The translations under genes and the position numbers were made by a program. From the NCBI GenBank assembly GCA_002245135.1, contig NGBS01000312.1, positions 110,936 to 130,935 on the forward strand: a stretch of 20,000 nucleotides of DNA, written 5' to 3'. This document shows, piece after piece, positions 8,145 through 19,515 of the stretch. Numbering within the stretch: the first letter of the stretch is position 1; each line of letters begins with the position of its first letter. The notes beneath the pieces are model-generated. The model had not been told where the DNA came from. It was given only the letters and a program-made list of their open reading frames with translations, and searched no databases. The stretch comes from Proteromonas lacertae. Lineage: Eukaryota.

Positions 8145-11100
8145 ATGAATTGTTTGTTAGGAGATATATTATGTCGGATAATACCATATGATTGTAAAGT
8201 ATTTTGTTTATTTCTATTTGTAGATAAAAGATCGAGTTGAAAAGAGTTTAAGTGAAATAGATTTAGTAGTAGAGAATGAGAGTGAAAGAAAGATGTTAAA
8301 AATCTTAAATGTAAATGAGATAAAAGAGAAGGGACTATTACAGTTTATAGAAAACCACTTGTTTTTATCAGATAGTTGTTTACCCTTCATATATCCTTTA
8401 AAAATGTATCAGTTGAATAGATGTGATGAACATATGATATTATTGCGAGATTTTTACACTATAGATTTAGAAGAGATGATTAAAAGTAACTCCTTTTCTG
8501 TGAGTGATATATGTGTTGTTATATGTTCTTTATGTGATATAGTAATGATATTGATTGAATATAAGATAGTAATTGGTAATTTGAAGAGTAGTAACATAGT
8601 GTATGAAGAGAAAGGTAATGAAATGAAGTTATGTGATTTATACTTGAATGATTTGAGAAAAGAAGAAGATTGGAGAGTATATGATATATGCTTTAAAAGC
8701 CCAGAAGAGTTGAATGGATTAGAATGTAATGAGAGAAGTGTGATTTGGTCAATTGGATGTATATTATATGAAATGATTTGTAAGAAATTACCATTTAATG
8801 AAGATAATAATATCATCAAAACAATGAATAATATTGTGAGATGTAAATACAGTTTTGATGTAGAATGTGATGATATAATGAAAGAAATAATAGAAAGAAT
8901 GTTAAAAGTGAAGAGAGAAGATAGAATGAGTTTAAAAGAGTTGAAAAAAGAAATGATAAAAATGAGTGAAATATTGAGAGATGATAAGAATAATATAGTG
9001 ATATGTGAAGAAAGAAAAGAAACGCTATATCATAATGATATAGAAATTCTAACACTTTTGCCAAAAGAATATTATCTTGAAAATGATAAATATGAAGACA
9101 TTCGTAATAGTAATTTTATGAGATTAATAGAAATGGCACACAAAAATAAAGAATATTTCATAAGAATAATATCGATATTATTGATAACGAAATTATACAA
9201 AGGAGATAATTCAATTGAAGGTTATCGACCATTTAGCATCCTTCATAAAAATCAACAAGGTTTTAATGTTAATTTAGATGAACTGTTGTTTAATATTAAT
9301 GTTGATGAAGATAAAGAAACAATCGTAATTGATTCGAAATGTATATGTTTATGCGATGATGGAATTAATTATTTCCTGAGAGTATTGAGATATATTAATC
9401 CAACAAAACTGAAAATATGTATATTTTATGAATGTAAATATTTAGTTGGTGTTTATATTCCTTTCAAAAAACAGTCAATATTTGGATCATATTTTAGTCA
9501 ATTGTCAAATCTGCAAAAGTTAGAAATGTTATTATGTAATCTCAACTTTTGTTTCATCCAATCATTTGTGAAATCACTTCCTTTTATGAAGCTTACATAT
9601 TTACAGCTTTCATGTATTCATTGTTTTATTTTATTATATTACAAAATAGATAATCCAATTGGTGGTGAAGGATTTAAATTGTTAATTCCATATTTGCATT
9701 TATTAGTCAGTAAAGGTAAAGGGCTTAATCTCTATAGAATGAATTTGAATGACGAATCAATTTCATTACTTTTAAACAATAGAAATATTACTGAAGAAAT
9801 TGTTTATTTAAATTTGAATGATAATATAATCAGTGATAAAGGATTGGAGTTATTTTCAAACAGTTTGAAGCAGTTTTCCTATCTAAAAAGATTGGAATTT
9901 TCAAATAATCATATAACAGACAAAGGAATAATATCCTTTTCTAAACACATATCTTGTTTAACAGAACTGGAATGTGTAATATTATGTGGTGGTAAAATCG
10001 AATATGATGGAATTAAATCTCTATTTAATAATCTTTCCAAAAATCCAAAACTAAAAACAGTAGGATGTAATATGTCAACAGAAAAAATACTTGAAGATAT
10101 AGAAATAGTGAAATCGAATAGATTTAAAGATATAGAGTATTTGTATTTGAGTAGTATTATTTTCTATTTTTCTATTCATTAGATAGTAATATAACATTAA
10201 AAAGTGTTGAAATACTGATTAACAATCTGTCTTCATTTCCAAATCTTAAACGAATAGATTTATATGAAAATGTGATAGGTGATACAGGTATGAAAATATT
10301 ATCTCCTCATTGCAATTTGTTGAAAGGTGAATATAATTGTTTTTTGCTTTCAAGTATTATACTTTATTTTATCTTGAATAGAAGTAAGAATATCTTCAAT
10401 TGGACTTAAGTATTTGTTAGATGGTTTAAAGAGTATTAATGAGAATGTTGCCCTTGATATAAGTGATAATAATATTGATTCAGATGGAATAAAATATTTG
10501 GTAAATTACATAAAAGAAAAAGATAATATTAAGAAATTAGACATTCACAGTATATATTATAGTGTATATATTTGTTAATAGGCAATCCAATAAGCAATGA
10601 AGGATTTGAACTTCTATTAGACAATTTAGATAGGTTAATAAATGACAAAGAAATGGATTTGAGTGATATGTCATTAGATGATGAAAGTTTCATATTATTA
10701 GCTAATCAATTTGATTCAATTGAAAAATGTGATAAAATTAATCTAAATGGAAATGATGTGGGAATAAAAGGAATGAAATACATTTGTTCCAAAACATTAG
10801 AAAAAAAGAATATCCATTTATTCAGATGAAGTGTAAATCATGGACAAATGATGAATTACAGTATTATTTGAACTATTGTATTAAAAAGAACAGTTATTCT
10901 TGTGATTTATAAAGTATTGAATATCTATTTCTAGCTCAATAGATTTGAATATAAATGATTCTCATATTTCATTAATAAAAAGAATCAAATATTGTTGTTA
11001 TGATTTATCAAACAACAAAATCAGCATCAAGGGTTTTAAAGATTTAACAGGTGAATATTGTAGTTTGATGAAAATATTTAACAATGAAATTGGAGATGAA

Positions 11101-11506
11101 GGTGTTGAGATTATATATAAACATTTAGATAGATTTGTTGTAGATTGTAAAACATTAAATCTCTCAAGTATTTTATGAATATAATAATTTTGTAAACTCA
11201 ATAGATATTGGAATGAGTGAGAAAGGATTAAGAGTGTTAATAGAAAGACTAAAAGATTATAAACTATTAGATGAGATAGATATATCCGGAAATGAATTAA
11301 ATGAAAGAGAATTAAGATTGATGAAAGAAAATAGAGAAATATTAGAATTTATGACTGAACTAAATATTACAGTAAAAGAAAATATAGATCAATCAGAATT
11401 AAAATCATTTCTAGAAACATTTTCTTCAATTGGAACAATAAAATTAAATGGGATTAGTAAAGAAGTAAAGAAAGAAATTGTAGAAGATTATTTGAATGTA
11501 GAATAA
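8145..11506 (+). CDS. Pseudokinase + ribonuclease-inhibitor-like leucine-rich-repeat protein; 3' part disrupted by a frameshift and a premature stop
   Basis: ATG 8145; introns 8199-8223, 9419-9445, 9614-9649, 10154-10182, 10354-10381, 10550-10581, 10914-10942 and 11168-11204. Kinase fold (IGNLKSSNI, KLCDLY, SPEE, IWSIGCILYEM..LPF) is followed by ~28-aa LRRs (YLNLNDNIISDKGLELF, RLEFSNNHITDKGI, LDISDNNIDSDGI). One base is missing in the A7 run at 10801-10807, and TAA is in frame at 10910-10912. Confidence 0.8.
11073..11506 (+). repeat. Copy A of a 434/435-nt inverted duplication (partner 19516-19950)
   Basis: By-eye alignment to the reverse complement of 19516-19950 is identical, including the intron, except for one extra A in copy B. 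Confidence 0.95.
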
Positions 11507-11526
11507 TTACATTATTTCATTATTGT

Positions 11527-11555
11527 TTTATTATTATTATTATTATTATTATTAT
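11527..11555. repeat. (TTA)n microsatellite downstream of the kinase-LRR stop
   Basis: Directly visible trinucleotide run. Confidence 0.85.
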
Positions 11556-11855
11556 GTGTTTGATTTTGTGTAATTGTAGAGAAAATAACAATTCTTTCAA
11601 GCTTTGTGATCAAGCTTTTTCATTTACATTAATAAACAATATCATAATCGCTTGATTAAACATCTTATTCTATAAAATTGTGTTAATCTTAAAGTTTTAC
11701 ATATAAAGTGAGTATTTTATATATAAGATTTCAAACATAACCAAAATCTACAATCTATTATACTGATCACATTTCTTGATTAATATTAACAAAACAACAA
11801 CAAATTCAATACACATAATTTATAATAATAGAAACAATATTGAATTTATTTTTTA

Positions 11856-12107
11856 TTAATTCAAATAAAGAGAAGCAGCAAATACTATATCTCTTTTTAT
11901 ACACTTTATTGCTTCAGTGAACTTGCTTTCTAAATCATTATTTCCTATTGCATGAGAAGCATCTATCAATTCTCTCAATAATTCTTCTTCACGACGAATA
12001 CATCTAATTACGCTACCTTCATATATACTGTCATTCTTCTTACAGATTTCACTGAAAGAATCTCCTTTTGCCCAACCATATACAATCTAATAAATATGAA
12101 TAACATA

Positions 12108-12149
<42 letters not shown>

Positions 12150-15072
12150 ACTACAGCTGGTTTATATTTATGAACATATTCTTCTAAATCTAACTCCATC
12201 TTTGCATCTATTAATACTTGTCCTAACCTTCTTGCACTATCTTCTAATCGTTTTATTACTTCCAACATATCCTGTGGAACATGAATATTTTCATCACATT
12301 TCTCTTCAAACACCAACATACTTAATAAACCACATAATTGAGGAATTGTTAAATCGTTAAAGACATTGTCGAATATTAATTCTGTTAATAATAATTCATC
12401 ACTTGCATTGATTTCACAAGCTACTTTGCCTTTCATTAATACTACGTTCTTATCATCAATGTATTCCAAACGACGTAATACTCTTTTCATCATTTTTAAT
12501 TGATCCTATAAATATATATATATATAAATTAATATATACGGTTAAAGCTAATTCTTCAGCATATTTTACTTCTAATTTCAAATTCTTTTTCTTCTCTTCA
12601 AGCTTAATTCGATTTACATAATCCTTATAATCTTTACTATTCACATCTACATCACTCATCATTCTTATTTCTTCTTCAAAATTCTTTTGATTTTCAATCA
12701 ATTTACCAATTTTACTCTCATTGATTTTCAAATCTTTTACTGGATTCAATAGTGGAATATTATTATTAAATCTCTTCTTCACTTCTTTTATCTTTTCATA
12801 TGTTTGATTTCGTTTATGTACACTCTTCAAGTCTTTATCTAATTGTAATATTATTGATGATATGTTGTAAATGGTTGATAATGTTACATTGATTGCTAAC
12901 ATATTACCTCTTTTAGTAGGTGGACAAGGAAGTGGATTATCTTTAGTTGAATCTGGATCACACTATATATACAACATAAATAGAAAAATTAAAAAAAAAT
13001 ATCATATATATACATATAATAAAACATCAACAGTATATAAGTCACATATATTGTCTGGATTATTAACATCACTTATTGTACTTTTACTACACTGTAATAC
13101 GCATCCCCAATCAAACAGATTATTTTTACTTTTAATCTCTACCAATCTTCCACAAATCAAGAACTTTATTAAATTTGGACTGCTATTGATCATTCGTCTG
13201 ATTAAATTATCATTTTCTTTTATTTTTTCTGTTAAAGCATAATGTTTTCCAATATTTTTATCATCACTAATACTAAGTTTTGATAATTCACTTTCTATTT
13301 CATGAATCTTGTTTAATAATAAAGGAGCTTTCTATAATAATAATAATAATAATATATATATATATATACTTGTTGTTTTTGATATTGATAAAATGAATGT
13401 TTAATAATATATTCAGGATCAGCATCTTCTACTCTCATTAAATTCAATAACATATTATATCCCAAATAAAATGAACTATTTAATGGGTCAGCATCACCTT
13501 TCAATATACTCTTCACATCATTTGGTTCTATCTTTTCATCCAACATCTGTATAACAATACCTCTTAAATCTTTACCTCTTCTACCAGCTCTTCCACTCAT
13601 TTGAATGTATTCCCCACTGGTTATTAATCTAAAATCTTTACCATCATATTTCTTTATATTTGTAAAGACTACAGTTCTTGCAGGCATATTCACACCCATT
13701 GCAAAGGTTTCTGTAGCAAATAAAACCTTTAATAATCCTTCCTGGAATAATATTTCAATTATTTCCTTCAGTATTGGCAGTAAACCACCATGATGTATAC
13801 CAACTCCATTCATTAATAACGGTAACATTGAGTTCACTTGAGGTAAACGTTTATCTTCATCACTCAAGCCATCAATTGCGGCTTGATATACTTCTTTAAT
13901 CATTTTTTGTTCATCTTTAGTTGTATAACAATCTTGAGCTATTACATTACCATATCCTTCACATTCTTTCTTACTAAAACTGAAAATAATCACTGGATCG
14001 TAATTCTTATCCATTATTAACTTCACTATTTGTTTTAAATTCGATTCTGTGGTTGTTTTTGATTGTTTTTTACTGTTTTTACTCATCACCTGTTCTTCTA
14101 ATTCACCACTAGCCATCGTACTTACTGCTTTTTGAAAATTCTTTTCTCTAAATTTCCCAGTTTCATCTAAGACTAAATACAATCCATTACTACCTGATGT
14201 ATATATATAATGTTGCAATGGAGTAGGTCTAAACTCAGTATATAGCACATGAACCTTCTGATGGTGTGTATCTGCAATCCATCCAGCAAATTCTTTACCG
14301 TTTGGTATAGTTGCTGACAAGAAAACATACCTCACTTTATGTGGTAATAAAACAATACTTTCCTCCCATACTACTCCTCTTTCTAAATCTCTCATGTAAT
14401 GGATTTCATCATAGATCACCCAAGCTACTTCTCTTAATATTTCACTACCTCTGTATAACATCGATCGAAGAATCTCAGTTGTCATTACTAAACATGATGC
14501 ATTTGGACTGATTGTTACATCTCCTGTCATTAATCCTACATCATTGAACTCTTCGTGGAGATCTCTGTATTTTTGGTTACTTAATGCTTTGATTGGTGAT
14601 GTATAAATTACTCTCTGCTTATCTCTTAACGCCATTGCAATTGCATATTCTGCTACTGCTGTCTTTCCTGCTGATGTGTGAGCAGTAACTAATACTGATT
14701 CACCTTTTTCGAGAAATTCTATTGATTTTGCTTGAAATGGATCTAATGGGAAGGAATATGTTTTAGCTGGAGTTGGATTAGGTGTCCAAGAAGGCTGAAC
14801 TTCTCCATCCAATGGTAATACTTCTTCATGTAGAGTAAATTTACTATCATTGCTTAATGTATCTTTTTGAGTGTTTACACTTGGAACAGCTGGTATCTCT
14901 GGCTCTATTTCATCTACTTCTGGTGTTGGTGTAGATTTAGGGCTTCTTAACTGGTTTAGATTTTTCTATTCCTTCATTATTTCGCTTTGCAGGTCTATTT
15001 ATATTATTTTTATAGTACATACTTTTCGGATGTATCGCTCTGGAATACACCAAATAGATCTAAGTCATCCAT
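11856..15072 (-). CDS. MTR4: Ski2-like DExH RNA helicase MTR4 (nuclear exosome cofactor), with an apparent +1 frameshift near the N-terminus
   Basis: Motifs [72 protein letters not shown] and the C-terminal [15 protein letters not shown] 15072; introns 14995-15022, 13332-13369, 12963-13013, 12506-12539 and 12087-12145; TAA 11858-11856. The frame breaks at CCCTAA (14942-14937). Confidence 0.93.
12111..12144. repeat. Intronic (TA)n microsatellite; similar tracts at about 70-91, 261-283, 3772-3788 and 13352-13368
   Basis: Directly visible dinucleotide runs, all inside predicted introns. Confidence 0.9.
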
Positions 15073-15305
15073 TTCGAAAATGTAATTAAAATGAAACGAC
15101 TATTTTTCGTTTTAGATATTCAAACAAGAAGTCAAGTTTCTATTATCATATTCGAACATAAGGTAAAATAAACAACAAATTACTAATCATTCTTTGTAAT
15201 ATTGGTATTTAAGATATTTTCCATCTTTTCAACTTTTGTATTAATTAAAAATTTCGATGAAAGTTCAATTATTAATTCTTAACCATTAAAAAAATCAAGA
15301 AATAA

Positions 15306-16551
15306 TTATATTTTCATCAATTCTTCTACTGTAACATTTCGATTCTCTTCTTTCACACAATATTTCATCATTTTTATTATATCTTCCACATAGTTCTTCA
15401 TTTCTTCATCAGTGAATTGGGGATAGATATAATCATTACTAACATAACATCCAGCACCATTAACAGTGAAACAAAAAATCTCATACCATTATCCTTCCCA
15501 TTTATATTATCAACCGTTAAGAAGTTTTGACTTAAAACATCAAATGAAAATTTACCTTCATAATGCCTTTGATTTGGTCTTCTACCCATTGTACAACAAG
15601 TTAGAGTTTGTTTAGGACTGATTCGATAATCATCAGCTAAAAAGAAATCATATAATTGTTGCTTTTCTTCTAACGCAGTATGTAATTTTTTTGTTAAATC
15701 GGAACAAACATCAGCTATTTTATCTCCTTTATTAATTTTCTTTAAAACGAAAGAAAAGAATCCACTACATAAGATATCATCATCTAATACAGGAGGATCA
15801 AATTCAGCTCTTCCTCTTGCAGTTGCCATTGAGCGGAAAAGTATAGATTTGGAAAAATCATCAACATTAAACATCTTCATTTGACTTAATAATGTTGTTA
15901 TCCATAATAAACCTTGGAAACTGCAATGAACATCATGAGTGTATTTCATTATTTCTTTTAAATCATCTTCACCGATTAAACTTGTATAAACACGACTGTA
16001 TATCTTTTCATCATCTCTACATTCGTGTAAGTACTTAGGTAATACTAAAGTTGGTATAGTTTTATCAATATTATAATCATTTCTAGTAGCTTCTTTTGGA
16101 ATCTTCATTTGACCTTGAGCTGAAACGTAACTGTGAACTTTTACTTCTACACTTGGATCACATAAATGCAAACATAACTTATGACATAAATTAATACATG
16201 ATATACCATCTACCATAGCGTGATTGAATATTGCAATAATTTCACTCTCGTCTATCTCTTTGTTTGCATAAATAAAATATTCTGATGTGTTTTTACATCG
16301 CCTATAAGTTGCCTTCTTTATATCTTCCCCATATTGTTCATCTGAACAAGATTTCTCGAAATAATGCACTGGTGGATGGTAATTATCTTTATATTCCAAT
16401 ATATCGGTTCTCTATATTCTGATGATAAATAACGGTATTCTTTTGCAAGAAATCTATTTGCTCTTTAGATACATATCTGTTTATATGAAGCTTACAACTG
16501 TTAGGAGCATCTACGAACTACTGATTCGTATCTTGTTAACTCAGCAGACAT
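15306..16551 (-). pseudogene. Intronless CoA-dependent acyltransferase (condensation/alcohol acetyltransferase/PapA-like fold), frameshifted at both ends; pseudogene or assembly errors
   Basis: HxxxDG motif (FNHAMVDGISCINL) in the 333-aa ORF. After the T6 run at 15473-15478 another frame gives a natural-looking tail, CFTVNGAGCYVSNDYIYPQFTDEEMKNYVEDIIKMM..KI*. The candidate ATG at 16551 (MSAELTRYES) is separated from the main ORF by stops and frameshifts. Confidence 0.6.
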
Positions 16552-16995
16552 TGAAATAAATATAAGATTAAAATCGTCCAAGATAAGATTTGGCTTGACT
16601 CATTTTGTTATAATATTTTCTTTTCTTTTTTTGTTGTCTTTGAGTTTGAAATGAGAATTAATATTTTGTAAATCATTTAATATAATACTCTAGTTTGAAT
16701 TGAAAATAAATTAAAAAATGAATTAAAAAACTAAAAATTGAAAAGTTATAGTAATAATATTAATATCTTTACTAAATTATCTAAAATTAAAATTTATATT
16801 TATTTCTGTCTTTTCAAAACACTGATTTGACTTATCTGATTACAATATGCTCATATTAACATTTCAAACAGCAACATAATAAAAACCATCATAACAACTT
16901 CTTATATCAGCTAGTTAATAATATTTATATTTTGGGTTATTCAAAATTTTGATAAAAATTGAATTTCTTTATTTTTGTTATATATTTACATAAAG

Positions 16996-19146
16996 ATGAT
17001 AAAAAAAGTGAATAAAAGTATAAGAGAAGATGGGTATTTTTATATTTTTTTTATGATAGATTATGTCGAAAATTGGTTGAAAGTGGTTTTGGTGATATAG
17101 AAGTGAAGATTGGAAATAATCGAATAATGTCAATCAAGTCAATTTTAGTGAATGGAAATGAAACTGTAAAGAAACTGTTGTTAGATCGTGAGTTTGTTGG
17201 AGTTTTGGAGTTATATGAAGAAATCGAAGAAATTGGCTATTATGAGATGGAGAAATACTACAGTGGTGGTGAACTGATAATGTGTAAAGAGAATGTGTGT
17301 GAAGTGTTGATGTTTTTATGTTATAGTGAAAAGAGATAATAAATGATTGTTATGAATTTGTGAATAATAATATAGATGATGAAGTATTAATGAAATTAAT
17401 TCATATTGTAATGTATTTGGTGGATGTTTGAGAGAGATAGAAGACTTGAAAAATATGGAAATAGAAAAGCGAGGATATAAATATTTATATAAGAATGAAT
17501 ATTTGTTGAGATTAGAAATGAATAATTTGATGGAGATATTAAATATGAAAGATGTGATAATAGTGAATGAGTTATGGTTATTAATCGGTTATTAGAATGG
17601 TATAAATTCCAAAAGAATAAGAAAGATAATAAAGAGATTAAAGATGATTTTAAGCAATTGATAGAAGAAGATATCGATGGTGAAAAGATAAAAGAGAAAG
17701 AGATAGAAAAAGAGAATAAAGAAATGTTGAAAGAAATGAAAATAGAATTAAAGAAAAATGAATGTAAAAATCATAGAATTATATTTAATAAAAGATGATA
17801 GAATTCAAAATGTAATAATCAACAATTACAATGAAGATAATGAAGAAGAAGTAATGAAGAAGAAAGAGGAATATTAAAATGAAAGAAGAAGAATTGAATG
17901 ATGAAATAATGTGTATATTAGAATGAATAATATAAAAATGACCGAAATAGTGATGATAATGAAATATAAAAATATGAAAATGGAAAGTAAATACTAAAAA
18001 TATATTAAATAGAATATATCTCAAATACAAAAAAGAAATATATTGGAAAGATTATGTATGGAATACAATGAGAATAAAAGAGATCGAACAATGAAGTGTT
18101 TATGTTTATTTCATTGATGATAAAAAGAGTTTCAATAATAGAAGAAGTATGTGGAAAAGATTCTTTTTAGAATATTGAATGAAGATAATTATCTAAATTC
18201 CAAATCTAAAGAATTATTAATAGAATATATAAAAGAGAATAAACTGAGTTTCGAAGAAGAAGAAGAAATGATTGTAATAATGAAAGATAAAGAATTATTG
18301 AGAATTAAAAACAAAAGAAATCACATCATTTTCATATCCTCAATCAGAATATTTATTTTTGCTATTTATGAAGAAATATCAATAATTCCTTTATTTGATG
18401 GAACGATGTGAATTTTCAATCAATCCTTCATTGCCAGATGGAATGATGATAGATAAGAAAATGGAATAATTAATGGAAAAGTGAATAAAGTAATAGAAAA
18501 TAGAGAATATGAAATAATGTGTAAGAATATTGTAAATGAAAAGAAATTCAAAATATCATTAGAATTTGTTGATATAAAATTCACAGAATTAAACAAAAGC
18601 GAAGGAATAACAATATCAAATAATGAAAAATTAATAACAAATACATGTTTTAGTTCTAATCATTGTTATTTGAATTTGAAAATGGAAGATGGAGTTTATC
18701 ATATCAAATATAAATATCATCAAAATGGAAGTGAATATGATGGAATGTTAGGATTATCAACAGATAATACATATTCTGGTGATAATATTTATGAACTATT
18801 AACAACATGTAATTATGTTGCATGGGATGGTGAAAGTGAAGATATTACTGATTATTGTGATATTGGAACAGTTGTTAATTCAAATCCAAATTTCATCAAT
18901 CATGGAGATGGTTCAATTTATGAAGTGATTGTTGATATGAATAAAAGAGAATTTTCGATTAGTCATAATGATTCATCTCCTGTTTTACTTGTTGATGATT
19001 TACCTTCTCCATTATATTCATATGGTGCAATAAATTTTAATAATACTTCAGTTGAATTTTGTCATTCTTTAATATTAACATCACTATTTTACATAAATTT
19101 TTGTATTTATTATGGCTATAATTTACAAACTGCAATATGTTTATAA
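16996..19146 (+). pseudogene. Degenerate BTB/POZ-BACK protein with C-terminal SPRY/B30.2-like domain
   Basis: ATG 16996 and intron 17034-17059 lead in frame to GFGDIEVKIGNNRIMSIKSILV..YYSGGELIMCKENVCEVLMF (BTB-like). YLLRLEMNNLMEILNMKDVIIVNELMVINRLLEWY is BACK-like. GITISNNEK..GVYHIKY..GMLGLST..GSIYEVIVDMNKREFSISHN..LPSPLY is SPRY-like. Many stops and frame changes lie between the pieces. Confidence 0.6.
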
Positions 19147-19393
19147 ATAGGCTAACATTTTGCGAAATTTTATTCACACATGATTTACCAAATATAAATT
19201 TGCTTGGTGATCCTATCTTCTTCACATCATTGAAAGAATAGTAATTAAACTAGATTTATCATCAAAAAATTTGATTGTGTGGTGGGAAAAAGATTGGGAC
19301 TATGTTGAAGAGTATAGAAATTGTCCAAAGCTTTTTCCATTATATTTAATTGGAAATGTGGGATATAAATCCTAAAATCGAAATTCAAAAGGA

Positions 19394-19462
19394 GCGTCGT
19401 GGTCCAGTGGCATGATACTTCCCTGCCACGGAAGAGACCCGGGTCGATTCCCGGCCGACGCA
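19394..19462 (+). tRNA. tRNA-Gly (GCC), 69 nt, apparently missing two bases
   Basis: Acceptor GCGTCG/CGACGC-A; D-loop AGTGG; anticodon stem CTTCC/GGAAG with loop CTGCCAC (GCC at 19425-19427); T stem CCGGG/CCCGG; followed by TTTT as a Pol III terminator. Confidence 0.88.
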
Positions 19463-19515
19463 TTTTATTTTTACTTTTTTATTCTTTTTTTAAAACACAA
19501 ATATAGTATAATTTG

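Noticed and set aside
8151..8158. Second exact TGTTTGTT motif
   Set aside because: It lies in codons 3-5 of the predicted kinase-LRR first exon, with no plus-strand gene ending nearby; likely chance.
10910..10912. Alternative genetic code (TAA/TAG reassigned) to explain in-frame stops
   Set aside because: Conserved genes (NUFIP1-like, MTR4, CFAP36-like) end on TAA at plausible positions, and their long exons contain no internal TAA/TAG.
335..15089. Shadow ORFs (335-517, 1216-1455, 4222-4479, 5850-6113, 8454-8819, 8816-9064, 10998-11201, 12871-13242, 13605-13793, 14311-14511, 14871-15089)
   Set aside because: They are antisense or off-frame overlaps of better-supported genes and carry no recognisable motifs.
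19050..19146. Poly(A)-created stop codon after the SPRY-like domain (SVEFC then a hydrophobic run-on)
   Set aside because: There is no TGTTTGTT at the expected distance, and the gene is already degenerate, so the run-on is uninformative.
19245..19463. 72-aa minus-strand ORF (MRRPGIDPG..)
   Set aside because: It is the antisense read of the tRNA-Gly gene running into AT-rich spacer.
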